Notes under the pieces: generated by a model
What the model was told of the DNA's origin: nothing
Seen by the model: only the letters and a program-made list of their open reading frames with translations
Databases searched by the model: none
Shown: positions 47,258 to 58,006 of the stretch, piece after piece
Layout: the number at the start of each line of letters is the position of its first letter
How positions within the stretch are numbered: the stretch's first letter is position 1
Position numbers and translations under genes: made by a program
NCBI GenBank assembly: GCA_034189385.1
Contig: JAXHVD010000001.1
Span: 192,001-256,000 of the forward strand
Length of the DNA stretch: 64,000 nt
Direction of reading: 5' to 3'
Source of the DNA: Thermodesulfobacteriota bacterium
GTDB lineage: Bacteria; Desulfobacterota; Desulfobacteria; Desulfobacterales; C00003060

Positions 47258-47851
47258 GCCAGATGACCTATTTTATTGAATGATATTGATATTATACACT
47301 ACCATAGGTGCCATAGTCGATTGATTTAGTCAAGCCTTAACTGCATTTCCAGCAGGGGAACGCCACAGTCGATCATGTCTCCCTTGCGTTACTCTTTAGA
47401 ACGTTCATTGTAGGCTTTTTGGGGAACCCCTCGGGCTCCGGTGAGCGGAAGCCTTCTCTTACCCTTCAGAATCCTTGACAAAAAGCCCTAGCTCATGATA
47501 CTTGGCGATGAGGTTTCGGCGCAAACCAGTTATCCAACCCGAAGGGGACTGCATGAAGTCAATATGATCACCCCGTTTCTCCTATAGAGAGATGGGGTGT
47601 TGTATTCTTGGGGGATCAGAAACCGAGCAGGGTAGGGCCCATAACTCTGACTGGGCCCAAGGGACCAGGCGTCAGGGTCTAACACAGAGGAGGATGGCGT
47701 GAGATCGCAGGAAAAAGAGCAAAGGGATGGACGCTGGGCAAAAACATGAACGGAAGGGTCCGGAATGGGGACCACGTCGCAGCGGCCCGATAGGTCTGTG
47801 CAGAGAGGGACTCAAACAACAATTTTGTCAACCGCAGAGAGAGGAGGAATG

Positions 47852-48445
47852 ATGAGTATTACACTACCAAGTTTGCCTTATGAAATGGACGCACTGGCCC
47901 CGTACATTAATAAAGAGACGTTGGAATTCCATTACGGGAAGCATCACAATGCCTATGTCGTAAATGCAAACAAGCTTCTGGAAGGGACAGATCTTGCCAA
48001 AGCGGACCTGGAATCTGTCATAAGAGCAGCGGCAAAGGATGCCTCATTGGGCGGAGTATTCAATAATGCTGCCCAGGTTTGGAATCACTCCTTTTACTGG
48101 AATTGCATGAAGCCGGGCGGGGGAGGGTTGCCTTCAGGGCCCATCGCTGACAAGATAACCTCAGATTTTGGCAGCTATGAGACCTTTGTTGAGCAATTCA
48201 AAAACGCCGGTGCCACGCAATTCGGAAGTGGTTGGGGGTGGCTGATTCTAAAGGATGGTCATCTGGAAATCATGAAGACATCCAATGCAGACACACCGAT
48301 TGCCAAGGGGTTGAAGCCCCTTTTGACGGTCGACGTTTGGGAGCACGCTTATTACCTGGACTATCAAAACAGGCGGCCCGACTATCTGAGTGCCTTTGTG
48401 GGACATCTGATAAACTGGGATTTTGTCAATTCTCAGATGGGCTAA
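47852..48445 (+). CDS. sodB: Iron superoxide dismutase
   Basis: HYGKHHNAYV, NNAAQVWNHSFYW (Fe-type AAQ), FGSGW, DVWEHAYY. Confidence 0.93.
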   Translation: MSITLPSLPYEMDALAPYINKETLEFHYGKHHNAYVVNANKLLEGTDLAKADLESVIRAAAKDASLGGVFNNAAQVWNHSFYWNCMKPGGGGLPSGPIADKITSDFGSYETFVEQFKNAGATQFGSGWGWLILKDGHLEIMKTSNADTPIAKGLKPLLTVDVWEHAYYLDYQNRRPDYLSAFVGHLINWDFVNSQMG

Positions 48446-48466
48446 GGGCAAACCGCGGAGGAATGT

Positions 48467-49546
48467 ATGGAACAGGGTTCAACTATTCCCACTCCTGAGG
48501 AGTGCGCAACATTCATTTTCAAATATAGCGGCCAGAAGGTGGAAGCCAACACAGCGGCTGACCTGTGGCCCAAGGTGCAGCAACACAAGTGGGTACTGTC
48601 TGAGAAGCTGGGCCGAGATGTGGGGATCAAAGTGGCCTGCCTGGATTTTATGGAAAACGTGGAGCCCATCCATCAAGATCTTCACGATGAAGAGACTGTC
48701 CAGCTTCTGAAAAGGCTGGGAGGGCAGATGCTGGACAAATCGGTCTGGGAGACTATCTCTGACTCTCAACCGCCCAAACAGATCGTGCATAAGAGGATAG
48801 TGCTTCCTTTGACAGCAGTGGAATTGGCTCAAAAGCACGGCGTGGTTCCGCCCAGGACCATCATCTTTTTTGGACCGCCTGGCACTGGAAAGACCCATTT
48901 TGTGCGCGCCATTGCAGGTAGGCTTCAGTGGTGGTACGTTGAGGTGAGCCCCAGCGATCTCATGGTAGACGGCGAAGATCGCCTTGGGGCGAACCTGAAA
49001 AGACTTATGGAAAGTGCCAGGCACTTGGATGAAGTCGTCCTTTTTATCGACGAGTTTGAGGAAATTGCAAGTAGCAGGGACCGGGCCAGCCGCATCGACA
49101 AATCGATCACAAACGAATTCCTGAAACAGGTGCCACTCCTAAAAAGGGAGAAAAAGAAAAGCCTCCTAGTGTGTGCCACCAACTATATACGGGAACTAGA
49201 TGCGGCCCTGTTGCGGCCTGGTCGTTTCGACTGCGTGATTCCCGTGGGTGCCCTGGATCACCAAAGCCGTCGCACTATCTTTGAGCACTACCTGTCCACT
49301 ACCAATCGGGGTGATGTGGATGTGGACAAAATCGTGTCAATGATCTCCCTGTTTACGCCTGCCGATATCGAGTACCTTTTTCAAAAGGTCAGCCAATTTG
49401 CCTTTGAAAGGGAATACATGGCAGGCAAGGACTACGCCGTTACCACTGGAACCTTTCTGGAAATAATCCCTGAAGTTTCGCCAACGCTGACCGATGATAT
49501 CATCCAGGCCTTGGAACAGGATAGCGTGGACTATACGCGATACTAA
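48467..49546 (+). CDS. AAA+ ATPase with N-terminal DUF4032-like domain
   Basis: HKWVLSEKLGRDVG; GPPGTGKT, FIDEFE, LDAALLRPGRFD. Confidence 0.88.
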   Translation: MEQGSTIPTPEECATFIFKYSGQKVEANTAADLWPKVQQHKWVLSEKLGRDVGIKVACLDFMENVEPIHQDLHDEETVQLLKRLGGQMLDKSVWETISDSQPPKQIVHKRIVLPLTAVELAQKHGVVPPRTIIFFGPPGTGKTHFVRAIAGRLQWWYVEVSPSDLMVDGEDRLGANLKRLMESARHLDEVVLFIDEFEEIASSRDRASRIDKSITNEFLKQVPLLKREKKKSLLVCATNYIRELDAALLRPGRFDCVIPVGALDHQSRRTIFEHYLSTTNRGDVDVDKIVSMISLFTPADIEYLFQKVSQFAFEREYMAGKDYAVTTGTFLEIIPEVSPTLTDDIIQALEQDSVDYTRY

Positions 49547-49681
49547 TATTTGGCCACCGTTGATGAAGCTGAGGCCCACATGGCAGGGGGCAACTTTGGG
49601 GAGCCACAGTCGGCCAGGCAACAGGCGACATCTTTGACGGTTTTTTCTGTCAGTATTTCGTGGCTTAGAAAGCGTCCAGTT

Positions 49682-50545
49682 ATGGTCAACCATACAATCA
49701 ATGAAGGGTTTGTCCCTTTTCGTGGATATCGCACCTGGTATCGTATGGTCGGGGACATGGCCCAAACACAGGCAGGCACCTTTCCTGTCCTCTTGGTCCA
49801 TGGCAGACCTGTCTCCCATGAAAGCCTGAAGCCCTTGGAGTGGCTTGTTCAGACCGGCCGCCCTGTTGTGTTCTATGACCAACTGGGGTGCGGAAACTCA
49901 GACCAGCCTGATGATCCGTCTATTTGGGAGATGAGTCTCTTTGTGGATGAGGTGGATGTCGTGCGGCGCGAACTTGGGCTTGAAAAGGTCCACCTGCTAG
50001 GGCATTCCTGGGGCGGTATGATAGCCATGGAGTATGCACTTACTCAGCCCCACGGCATTGTCAGCTTAACCCTTGCAAGTGCATCTTCAAGCAGAGACCT
50101 ATCAAACGACGATGTCGAGGGGTTAAGGGAAAAGCTCCCGTCATATGTTCAAGAGACTCTTCGGAAACACGAGGAGGCCGGAACCACTGATGATCCGACC
50201 TATCAGGAGGCCGACAAGATCTTTGCCCTTCGCCACATCTTTCGCAAGCATCCTTGGCCGGAATGGCTGATGCAGGCCATGCGGCGCCCCCAAAAGGAGA
50301 TGGTGGATATGGCGGGCTGGGACGTTCGGCCCAGACTGAGCAACATCACAATTCCTACACTTGTTACGTGTGGCCGCTTTGACATTTGCACCCCCGCCCA
50401 TGCCCGGCTCATCTACGAAGCTATTCCTCAAAGTGAGCTGGCCATCTTTGAAAAAAGTTCGCACTACCCCCATGGTGAGGAGACCAATCGCTTTCTGGCA
50501 GTTCTCCACAATTTCATGACACGGACGGAACGCCAGATGGGTTGA
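49682..50545 (+). CDS. Proline iminopeptidase-like alpha/beta hydrolase
   Basis: YDQLGCGNSD, GHSWGG nucleophile, GRFD, SSHY. Confidence 0.88.
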   Translation: MVNHTINEGFVPFRGYRTWYRMVGDMAQTQAGTFPVLLVHGRPVSHESLKPLEWLVQTGRPVVFYDQLGCGNSDQPDDPSIWEMSLFVDEVDVVRRELGLEKVHLLGHSWGGMIAMEYALTQPHGIVSLTLASASSSRDLSNDDVEGLREKLPSYVQETLRKHEEAGTTDDPTYQEADKIFALRHIFRKHPWPEWLMQAMRRPQKEMVDMAGWDVRPRLSNITIPTLVTCGRFDICTPAHARLIYEAIPQSELAIFEKSSHYPHGEETNRFLAVLHNFMTRTERQMG

Positions 50546-50645
50546 CCCCAATGTTGCATTAACAACACGGCAAAAGGTCCTAAGAATCAATGATAGTTTC
50601 ACGCTGCGGTGAAAGGTCATCCCCACGCCGCCTCGACCGATGGGT

Positions 50646-51503
50646 TTAGAATTTCAGGCCTATCCTGAGGCCATATGACGTGGTCGTGTTTTCCGGTTCA
50701 TGAACGGTAAGGACTCGTGTGCCGCTTGAGAACTGCGCCGTGTAGGTTTCTGTGTCTGATTTGTCGATCTTCCAGTAGGTCATAAAGGGCTCCAACGACA
50801 GGGCATATCGGTCGCTAAAGTGCCTGTTAAATTGAAGGGAAAATCTTATTCCATATCCTGAATCCTGCCGAAGGTCAGGAAAAGCCTTTGCGTCAACACC
50901 GCTTATCCCTTCCCAGAGAAAATCATACTCCAGACTGGTGCCCCAGGTCCAGTTTTCTGACAATGGACTGTAGGTGTTCACTCCGATGGGGGAATACCAG
51001 TATTGTATCTCTCTTTCATAACCTCCGGTTCCCTTTATGTAGTCATTCCAATAGCGATAACCAATACCTAGAAAAGGGGTCACTACGTGGTCTCCTGTGA
51101 GCACAAAATCGTAGCCGATCAACCCACGGCATTCCACAGTCCAATCCTCCGTATCGGTCCTTCCGGGTGTGTCAATGGTTGCCGAACCTGAAGCATCGGC
51201 CACGATAATTCGGAAGACGCCGTCATAGTTGAGATCCCCAAAAGCGTAGTCCAGGCTGACATTCATCATTACCTTATTATGATATGTGTATCTTCCAACC
51301 ATACCGTAAAGTGGGCCATCTATTTCTATGTCGAGATTCTTTTCCTCGTAATCAAGGTGGGTGGCTCCAACCCCAATTTCAAAGGTGTGTCGAGGAAGGA
51401 TTGACTCGCTGCCTCCTGCACAAGCGATGGAAAATGAGATCAGGAGACAAAGGCCAATGAACAGAGAACCAAATGAAACTTTCATCAGTTTGCTTTTTAT
51501 CAT
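50646..51503 (-). CDS. Outer-membrane beta-barrel protein
   Basis: Signal peptide, amphipathic aromatic strands (TPFLGIGYRYW), terminal Phe. Confidence 0.75.
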   Translation of the reverse strand: MIKSKLMKVSFGSLFIGLCLLISFSIACAGGSESILPRHTFEIGVGATHLDYEEKNLDIEIDGPLYGMVGRYTYHNKVMMNVSLDYAFGDLNYDGVFRIIVADASGSATIDTPGRTDTEDWTVECRGLIGYDFVLTGDHVVTPFLGIGYRYWNDYIKGTGGYEREIQYWYSPIGVNTYSPLSENWTWGTSLEYDFLWEGISGVDAKAFPDLRQDSGYGIRFSLQFNRHFSDRYALSLEPFMTYWKIDKSDTETYTAQFSSGTRVLTVHEPENTTTSYGLRIGLKF

Positions 51504-51553
51504 GTTCTAACTCCCTTTTTTCGATTATCCTCGGCCTGCTAAAACCTTTAGAT

Positions 51554-52405
51554 TCAGAAAAGACGATAAAATGACAACATGACCACCATCCCTCTGGTGG
51601 AGTCAAAATGAAGGTCCAGGTCCTTTCGGTCGGCACAAGAGTTTATGGCCATTCCGACCCCTGGGAGCACGTACAGATTACCATAAACACGAATGTAGCT
51701 TTCAACCCTGAATTGGTACGTTTCATAGCTTGTTACAAGGTCCGATGATGTGTGAAAGGAACCCTGTAAGAACCCATTCAACCCGACTCTTTCGTCCAAT
51801 TCCTTTTCCATACCGAGTCTGATGGCGTGTGTATCCTTTTTCCCATGGTTTCTCTCCGTGAAGCTGTAAACCACATATGGGCGAACGCCATTGGCAACTG
51901 TTACGCTTGCCGCCACAAAGGGGCTTACGTCTGTGCTTCCTGTTCCCCCATCGTTCTCTGATGCCGTATCAAACTTGGTTTCCAGGCCTGCCACCAGCGT
52001 GAACGGTTTGTCTTCTTCATCGAACACTCGATATTTTGCGCCTACATGGAAGTCCCCAAAGCCGTCTTTCCTATAGTGAAAGGTCTGAGGATCGGGGTAG
52101 CTATCGAACCGATTTTTGAGTTTGTCGAAGAACACGTAAGGAATCCACGCTGCCACCTCTAATTCATGACCGAGCCCTAGGCCGAGGTAGTATTCTGACG
52201 CAAAGAAATCGTTTTTCTGATTGCCAGTGAGAAACGAGGGGCTTCCACGATGAAAGTCGGTTGAGTCATGAATATAGAGAAAAGACATGCGGGCCTCTAT
52301 TTCTTTTTTCGAAAGCACATCGGTAACGAAGAGTTTTTCTTCTGCCTGACAAGGAAGCCACGTCAGTGCAAGTCCAACAAAAATCCCGACAATCATCTTC
52401 TTCAT
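51554..52405 (-). CDS. Outer-membrane transporter-like beta-barrel (MetA-phenol-degradation-like)
   Basis: Signal peptide, GFGDFHVGAKYR, GTGSTD, terminal Phe; GGAGGAG RBS. Confidence 0.7.
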   Translation of the reverse strand: MKKMIVGIFVGLALTWLPCQAEEKLFVTDVLSKKEIEARMSFLYIHDSTDFHRGSPSFLTGNQKNDFFASEYYLGLGLGHELEVAAWIPYVFFDKLKNRFDSYPDPQTFHYRKDGFGDFHVGAKYRVFDEEDKPFTLVAGLETKFDTASENDGGTGSTDVSPFVAASVTVANGVRPYVVYSFTERNHGKKDTHAIRLGMEKELDERVGLNGFLQGSFHTSSDLVTSYETYQFRVESYIRVYGNLYVLPGVGMAINSCADRKDLDLHFDSTRGMVVMLSFYRLF

Positions 52406-53928
52406 AAATGGTCTCCTCCGTCGTAGTTGAACTGCCACGCCGCCACTTCCTGGCACCTATTACAGCAAGAAGTCCGGCGCTTGACACAACTCACTTTCTC
52501 CTCGCTGAAGTCAGCCGAGCACCATGTCTGGTTTAGCGCCATCTCCCCTCATGGGATCTGTCATGGAGTGGCGGAAAAAGGTCGACGGCAAAATTCCGTA
52601 GAACAACAGCCTCTCAAAGTCAAGCTTTTGCGATCGTTTTATATTTTTTACCAGTCAGCCCGTTTGCCTCCACAAATGATCCTTTTCCGCAGTCTCGGTG
52701 CCTGCCCCGTGCAATGTTTACCCCGTGAAATGCAGAGCCCATTCCTCTGGGGTCACTCTGTCCCAATCTTGACGAATTCCGTGTATTTCTTTATGTGATG
52801 TCGGCTTTGGACGAATGAGTGCCCGTCTACTATCTCCTAGAGGATTTCATTTTCTAAGGGCTGTTTGAACGCATTTGGCCCTTTTTGTAAATGATTTTGC
52901 TTGAACTCCCGTTCATCGATCATATGGGCAGACAAGTAGAGCCCCACCAGAAGTGACTCCTTGTCTGACTCTCTCTGGAACCATGGGGGTAAATGGTGTC
53001 ACAATGCCTTTCTTTCTCCTGATGGCTTGAACTGAGATGACGGCTTTTAAACTCATAAAATATAAGTGTGCATCGTGTCCACATCAATGGGGGAAATACC
53101 CTATTTTTCATCTCTGACGGCTGTAGCTGGCGCACTCTTCAAATGGACCCGACTCGACCCTGCTTGGCCAATGGAGCTTCTCAAGGCTTTTTTCACATAA
53201 ATTACGGCCACATTGGTCCCTCTAGTGTCAAGTCTAAGAAATGCTTGCAGAGCCCGGAACATGGCTTGGTGGCGGCACTCTACTTTTTAAAGGAACTTCT
53301 GAGACACGACACTAAGAGCCTGTCAGAAAGCCATCTTGTTGGAGGCTGATGGAAAATGCGCAGGCGCAAGGGATCCGTCTCTTTTCAAGCCGTTAAGCGC
53401 ACATACTGAGGAAGGCGTATATAGCAGGCCTAAGGTGTTAAGGTTTAAGGCGAAAGGCTGGTGACTCAAGACACAATGGCCGTTAAGAAAGGCCCCTCAC
53501 CTTATTCACGATATCTGAAAAGCTCACTGCAGGGCGGAGTTACCAAAGACCCTCGTTAAATACACGACGGCTCAACGGGGCCGCCTAGGACACATATTAG
53601 GCCCCAGCTATCTTATTCCCGCCCTTGACGGGGAAAGCTGATTCCGTACCCTCTGTGTGAGGCCAAGATCTCCTCTGACGTAACAAGGATTTATACCCCC
53701 GACATGGCTCATAGCGCCCTGTCAGGAGTCAGATGCGCATACTTTGAGGTGTGTCTCCATTGGCACTGCCCCCGAATAAAGTGTAAAGATAGTGGAAAGA
53801 ATCTTCTAGGAAACCCCTTGGAATAAAACCTCAAGGAAGTCAAGTTGGCCTCCAAAGTTAAATCCTTGATGTTGATTAGAGCAAAAGGGATGGTCTACAT
53901 AGGCTTGGGCACCCAAGATTATCCCTTG

Positions 53929-54498
53929 TCAAACCTTCGTCCATGTGGGGGATTCATCTTCTAGGTCAGCAATGCTATAGTAAACCGTTTTTCCAAACTC
54001 GAGGATCTGATTACTGTACCACGCGGAACTGGTGAGTTTATGAAAATACGCGGCGTGGGTTTCAGCGTCTATCACTCTTTTAAAGAGTAGAAAATGAAGC
54101 ATCATGAGGGAATTAAAATAGGCAATGCCTTCTCGTTCCATGGATAAAAGGACCTTCTTGTCTTCAGATATGACTGGCAACCTACGTTCAAGGGCACAGG
54201 CAACGAGTTTGTGGTCATTGGTCATCCTGTCTGCATGGCATGTGACCACACTGATAGGCAGGCCCTCGAAGCCGGCCTCGTCCAGCATCTCTTGGGGAGC
54301 GTAAAGTGTGACAGTCCGAGTTAACTCTTCAAAAAAACCCGCTTTGTGCATATAGATGATGGAAGAGGCATCGATAAGGGCCTTGGAAAGGCTTCGAAAC
54401 TGTAACAGCACCCGGTAATGGTCCTTGGAGGTCCATCTTGATGACAGGGAGCTTGCTGATTTTTTGGAGAACTTCCTATTTTTGTTCAAGGGCCTCAC
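53929..54498 (-). CDS. PIN-domain-like protein
   Basis: ALIDASSIIY, DHKLVACA, VISEDKK; true start probably downstream of 54498. Confidence 0.7.
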   Translation of the reverse strand: MRPLNKNRKFSKKSASSLSSRWTSKDHYRVLLQFRSLSKALIDASSIIYMHKAGFFEELTRTVTLYAPQEMLDEAGFEGLPISVVTCHADRMTNDHKLVACALERRLPVISEDKKVLLSMEREGIAYFNSLMMLHFLLFKRVIDAETHAAYFHKLTSSAWYSNQILEFGKTVYYSIADLEDESPTWTKV

Positions 54499-54715
54499 CT
54501 TTCAAAAACCTGCTCATCTCTTGGCCGAAAACGGACCCCAATGCCCACGTCCTTGTACTGCATCCGTGGACGGGCACTCCCCAGAACAATGTCGTTCGCA
54601 AACAATGATCCTTGAAAGCCCTGGAGTGTTATGTACTTCTTTTTCTTGACTTCCCGACAATAGGTGTTACCCTATCTACATCGGGAACATAGTCCAGCCG
54701 CAAAAGGAGCCTAGC

Positions 54716-55207
54716 ATGAAAACAGTTGAAAGTGGTCATTTTGTCAAAATCGATTACACTGGCACATTGGAAAACGGTAATACCTTCGATTCCAGCCGCA
54801 ATTCGCAACCCATTGAGGTTGAAGTCGGAGCAGGAAGGCTAATCAAGGGGTTTGAGCAGGCACTCATAGGCATGGTCTTAAAGGAAAAAAAGACCTTTAC
54901 CCTTTCTCCTGAGGAGGCTTATGGGCCCAGAGATGAAAACTTGGAACACAGCTTCATGCGCTCTGAGCTACCTGAGGGTGTTGATCCGAAGGCTGGCCAG
55001 ATCTTGACGCTGAAGAATCCTGAGGGTGGCCAGTTTCCGGCATTGGTGAAGCATGCGGACACCGAGAAGATCACAGTGGATCTAAATCACCCTCTGGCAG
55101 GAGAGACCCTTACCTTTGAAATAGAGATCCTTGAGATCAATGACATGCCCAGTCCATGCTCGTGCACGCCATCGTCCTGCGAGAGCTGTTGCAGCAGTTG
55201 TCAGTAA
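54716..55207 (+). CDS. slyD: FKBP-type peptidyl-prolyl isomerase with short Cys-rich tail
   Basis: YTGTLENG..FDSS, LIKGFE, PEEAYG, DLNHPLAGETLTF; tail CSCTPSSCESCCSSCQ. Confidence 0.9.
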   Translation: MKTVESGHFVKIDYTGTLENGNTFDSSRNSQPIEVEVGAGRLIKGFEQALIGMVLKEKKTFTLSPEEAYGPRDENLEHSFMRSELPEGVDPKAGQILTLKNPEGGQFPALVKHADTEKITVDLNHPLAGETLTFEIEILEINDMPSPCSCTPSSCESCCSSCQ

Positions 55208-55234
55208 TCACATAGACAAGCAAGCCTAAAATGA

Positions 55235-55261
55235 GAAAGCCGGCTTTAAAAGCCGGCTTTT
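55235..55261 (+). terminator. Intrinsic terminator after slyD
   Basis: AAAGCCGGCTTT inverted/palindromic pair followed by a T-run. Confidence 0.65.
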
Positions 55262-55613
55262 ATATCTCCTGCTTTTGAAGGAACGACGTATAGAGGGCCC
55301 CATACTCTTCTCACCCCCGTCAATTTGTCTTTAGATATAAGAGGTTCTTACAGGAAACCCTGGTGTGGCTAGGCCGGATCCATCGAGGCAGGGACGCCGC
55401 TTTTTTTGATCTTGATCTGTTTAAATAATCCTAGCGGCGTTGTCAATGTGCTGGCCCAGATTTGCCAGGACAGCTCACAAAGCCTTGTCCTCTGGCAGTT
55501 CCTTGACAAACTTGTCAGGGGGCCATATGGTGTATTATGTTTCGTGTCTGTTTCCCGTGAGATCTTATGGGGTTAGGTTTCAAAAACATGCCCACATACG
55601 AGGAGTTTAACCT

Positions 55614-56651
55614 TTGTATCTCGCTCAATGCGCAATAAAGGGACAGGTTCACTATTTTATTAGGGAATCTGTCTGGGATGGCAACTGTTTTAAGAGCCGT
55701 CAGCTCCTGAGCCTGGGTACCAACCCTGGAGACTACATCGTATATCCTGGAGGAAATGCCTACTACATTCACCAGGCCGTGGAAGACAAACTCGATTCTT
55801 TGGGGTGTCCTGCAAAGGGAGATGAGTTAGAAGACCTTTTCTGTCCCTTTATGAAGCCCCGCATCAGACGGCTTGTGGAATCGTTTCGGGAAAGGGCCAA
55901 GGCCAGAGAGAAGAGACTTGGTCTCAAACCAGAAGAAGAACATCGGCTTCGGACAAAGACAGCCGAGTTTGACAAACGGCGTATTCATTACTTGAGGTCC
56001 GGCCGTATGGACCAGGGCCGGATTGGGCGCATGCCTCTTCAGATGTACAAATGGCTGTGTGGAAAATCACGGGACGAAATAGAACAATGCTTCATGAGAA
56101 TGGAGTGCCGCCTCAAGGCATCTGAACTCAAGATCTATACTTACGTGATTTTTAACTTGCAGCGGTTTTTTACTGAGAGTTTTGCAAAGACCATCCCTCA
56201 AGGGTTAAACCAGCAGGAGGTAGAAAAGTATTTTCTCAAAGGGATATGTTCCCTGAATCGTGACCCTTCATTCTGGGCAGGAGAAGAAGTCGGCAGTTCT
56301 TTGCATCCTTATTTGATCCGCTATCTCATCATGTTTTTTGATTACGAATACGGGCCAGACACTTTCTGGCGTGACTACATAAGAGATTTTATGAACGCAA
56401 GGAGGTCCTGGGGACCACTCCAACGAAAAAGCACCATGACCTACAAGGAGGCTAGTGACATATTTGGCGTCACAGAAGTAGCCCTGAAAAAAATGACAAA
56501 ACGAGGCATCGTCAGGTTGTATCGGCGGATGGCTCAAAAACTCCACCCTGACAAGGGGGGATCGCACGAGAAGTTCATTCAACTTACAGAAGCCTATCAT
56601 GATCTTCTTAAAAAGAGGGTTAAGACCACTGTGCGATTTACGAGAAGATAG
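55614..56651 (+). CDS. Protein with C-terminal J domain
   Basis: YRRMAQKLHPDKGGSHEKFIQLTEAY. Confidence 0.82.
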   Translation: MYLAQCAIKGQVHYFIRESVWDGNCFKSRQLLSLGTNPGDYIVYPGGNAYYIHQAVEDKLDSLGCPAKGDELEDLFCPFMKPRIRRLVESFRERAKAREKRLGLKPEEEHRLRTKTAEFDKRRIHYLRSGRMDQGRIGRMPLQMYKWLCGKSRDEIEQCFMRMECRLKASELKIYTYVIFNLQRFFTESFAKTIPQGLNQQEVEKYFLKGICSLNRDPSFWAGEEVGSSLHPYLIRYLIMFFDYEYGPDTFWRDYIRDFMNARRSWGPLQRKSTMTYKEASDIFGVTEVALKKMTKRGIVRLYRRMAQKLHPDKGGSHEKFIQLTEAYHDLLKKRVKTTVRFTRR

Positions 56652-57067
56652 GAGTATCTTGCCTCTTCACCTGCAGTAACCCCCTAGGTCGAAATCAAGG
56701 GGTCTAACCGGTTCTGTTTGGATGACCGGCAAAAGGCTTGCGCAAACAGAAGAAAACCTTGTCCCAAACTTCAACTTAAAGCCCCTTTTTTTGCTGGGCA
56801 GTCACCAGCTGTTGTTCTGAGGGCATATGGTGTCATTAGGCGCTTGTGCCGTTTCCGATCTTACGCAACCGCTTTTCGCTCTTCTGTCATAAGGCTGGGG
56901 TTGTCTCCGCCTATTCCCAATGAATTTCGCTGGTAGGCCTCTTGCAGATGAACAAACTACTTCTGCCCGCTAATGGCTTTCAAGCGCATATAAAAGAAAG
57001 GGGGGCGCCTCACTCTTGCCAACAAATCTTGGCGCGTCCCGCTTCAAGGAAGGTGACGCATGCCAAC

Positions 57068-57376
57068 TCAGTGGAAATCGGGCTCTGGCTCCGGCGCATC
57101 CATCTCGTCAGGGAAGTGGGCAAAAGGAAAAGGGCGCGTGTTTTCGTTCAGAGTTATGTATCTCAACAGCCTGTATTCAAAGACAGCGGCTTTGTTGGAA
57201 AACCGCCGCACAGGATCGCTGTGTCCCACGGTGATGAATAGGTACACGTACTGAAAGAGGACGGCGATCTGAATGATCAGCTTGACGATTTCAAAAATGA
57301 TCAGAAATAAGACGGTGTAAAGGAACCGGATGGCAATCTCCTTGCGGGTCAATAAAACATCTTCCACAGCTTCCAT
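57068..57376 (-). CDS. DUF4389 family membrane protein
   Basis: RFLYTVLF...FQYVYLFIT...YITLNENTRPFPF; AAGGAGG RBS. Confidence 0.82.
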   Translation of the reverse strand: MEAVEDVLLTRKEIAIRFLYTVLFLIIFEIVKLIIQIAVLFQYVYLFITVGHSDPVRRFSNKAAVFEYRLLRYITLNENTRPFPFAHFPDEMDAPEPEPDFH

Positions 57377-57498
57377 CTTGATGAATCCTCCTTTCGTCGC
57401 TTCCCGACATGGCGCTTTAAGGTGCCCCACCATGGTGTTGATATTCTATCGCTTTAGTGGGGAGGGCAATCCAATTTTTTGCTCAACACCACATACCT

Positions 57499-57789
57499 TT
57501 AATCCAAAGAGGAAAGGAGATCCATGTCTCCGCCCAGGTACTTCAACTCTTCTCTGCTGGGAGGGTCGCAACGGCTTCCCGAGTATGCAGCGATAAGATA
57601 TGATATACGGGAAAGGCAGCCGGGAGAAAAATAGACCACGTAACCGGCAGGAGTGATTTCTCCTTGGAATAGGGCCATGCCTTTTGGTTCTCCCAGGTCC
57701 AGGAATACATACTCAAAGTCATTTGCCAATCCTATGAGTTCGCCTGCCACGACTTGCTGATTTGTAAGCAATGCCTTACACCACGACAT
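57499..57789 (-). CDS. Hypothetical protein
   Basis: AGGAGG RBS; protein-like GMALF...VYFSP...CDPP motif. Confidence 0.7.
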   Translation of the reverse strand: MSWCKALLTNQQVVAGELIGLANDFEYVFLDLGEPKGMALFQGEITPAGYVVYFSPGCLSRISYLIAAYSGSRCDPPSREELKYLGGDMDLLSSLD

Positions 57790-58006
57790 AAGCCCTCCTG
57801 TGATGCATGATAGGGATTCCAAACCAGATCCGAACACCTGCCAGGTCTGTCCCTTCCCCTCTGCCTGCACAGATGGCGGCTGGGATGTGCTTCTCAGTTT
57901 AGTTTCTGAGCCCCTTCGGAGTCTGCATAAAGGAAGAGCAGACCTGAAGCTTGATTCCCAAGCATGGGCTGCCCAGTCCCTTTACGAAGCACCAACTCCC
58001 CTTCTT

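Noticed and set aside
47504..47560. Fluoride riboswitch-like start GGCGATGAGG upstream of sodB
   Set aside because: No CGCC to close P1 and no downstream complement (GATGACCTC-like) for the pseudoknot.
47693..47705. ATG-GCG-TGA after a strong RBS as a second selenoprotein
   Set aside because: No SECIS-like hairpin after the UGA and the read-through peptide resembles no family I recognise.
49790..49815. HGRP instead of HGGPG in the iminopeptidase as a sign of inactivation
   Set aside because: The Ser-Asp-His triad motifs are intact and the ORF is complete; cannot be judged from sequence alone.
53520..53780. tmRNA or RNase P RNA
   Set aside because: No GAGGAAAGTCC RNase P signature and no tRNA-like tmRNA ends.
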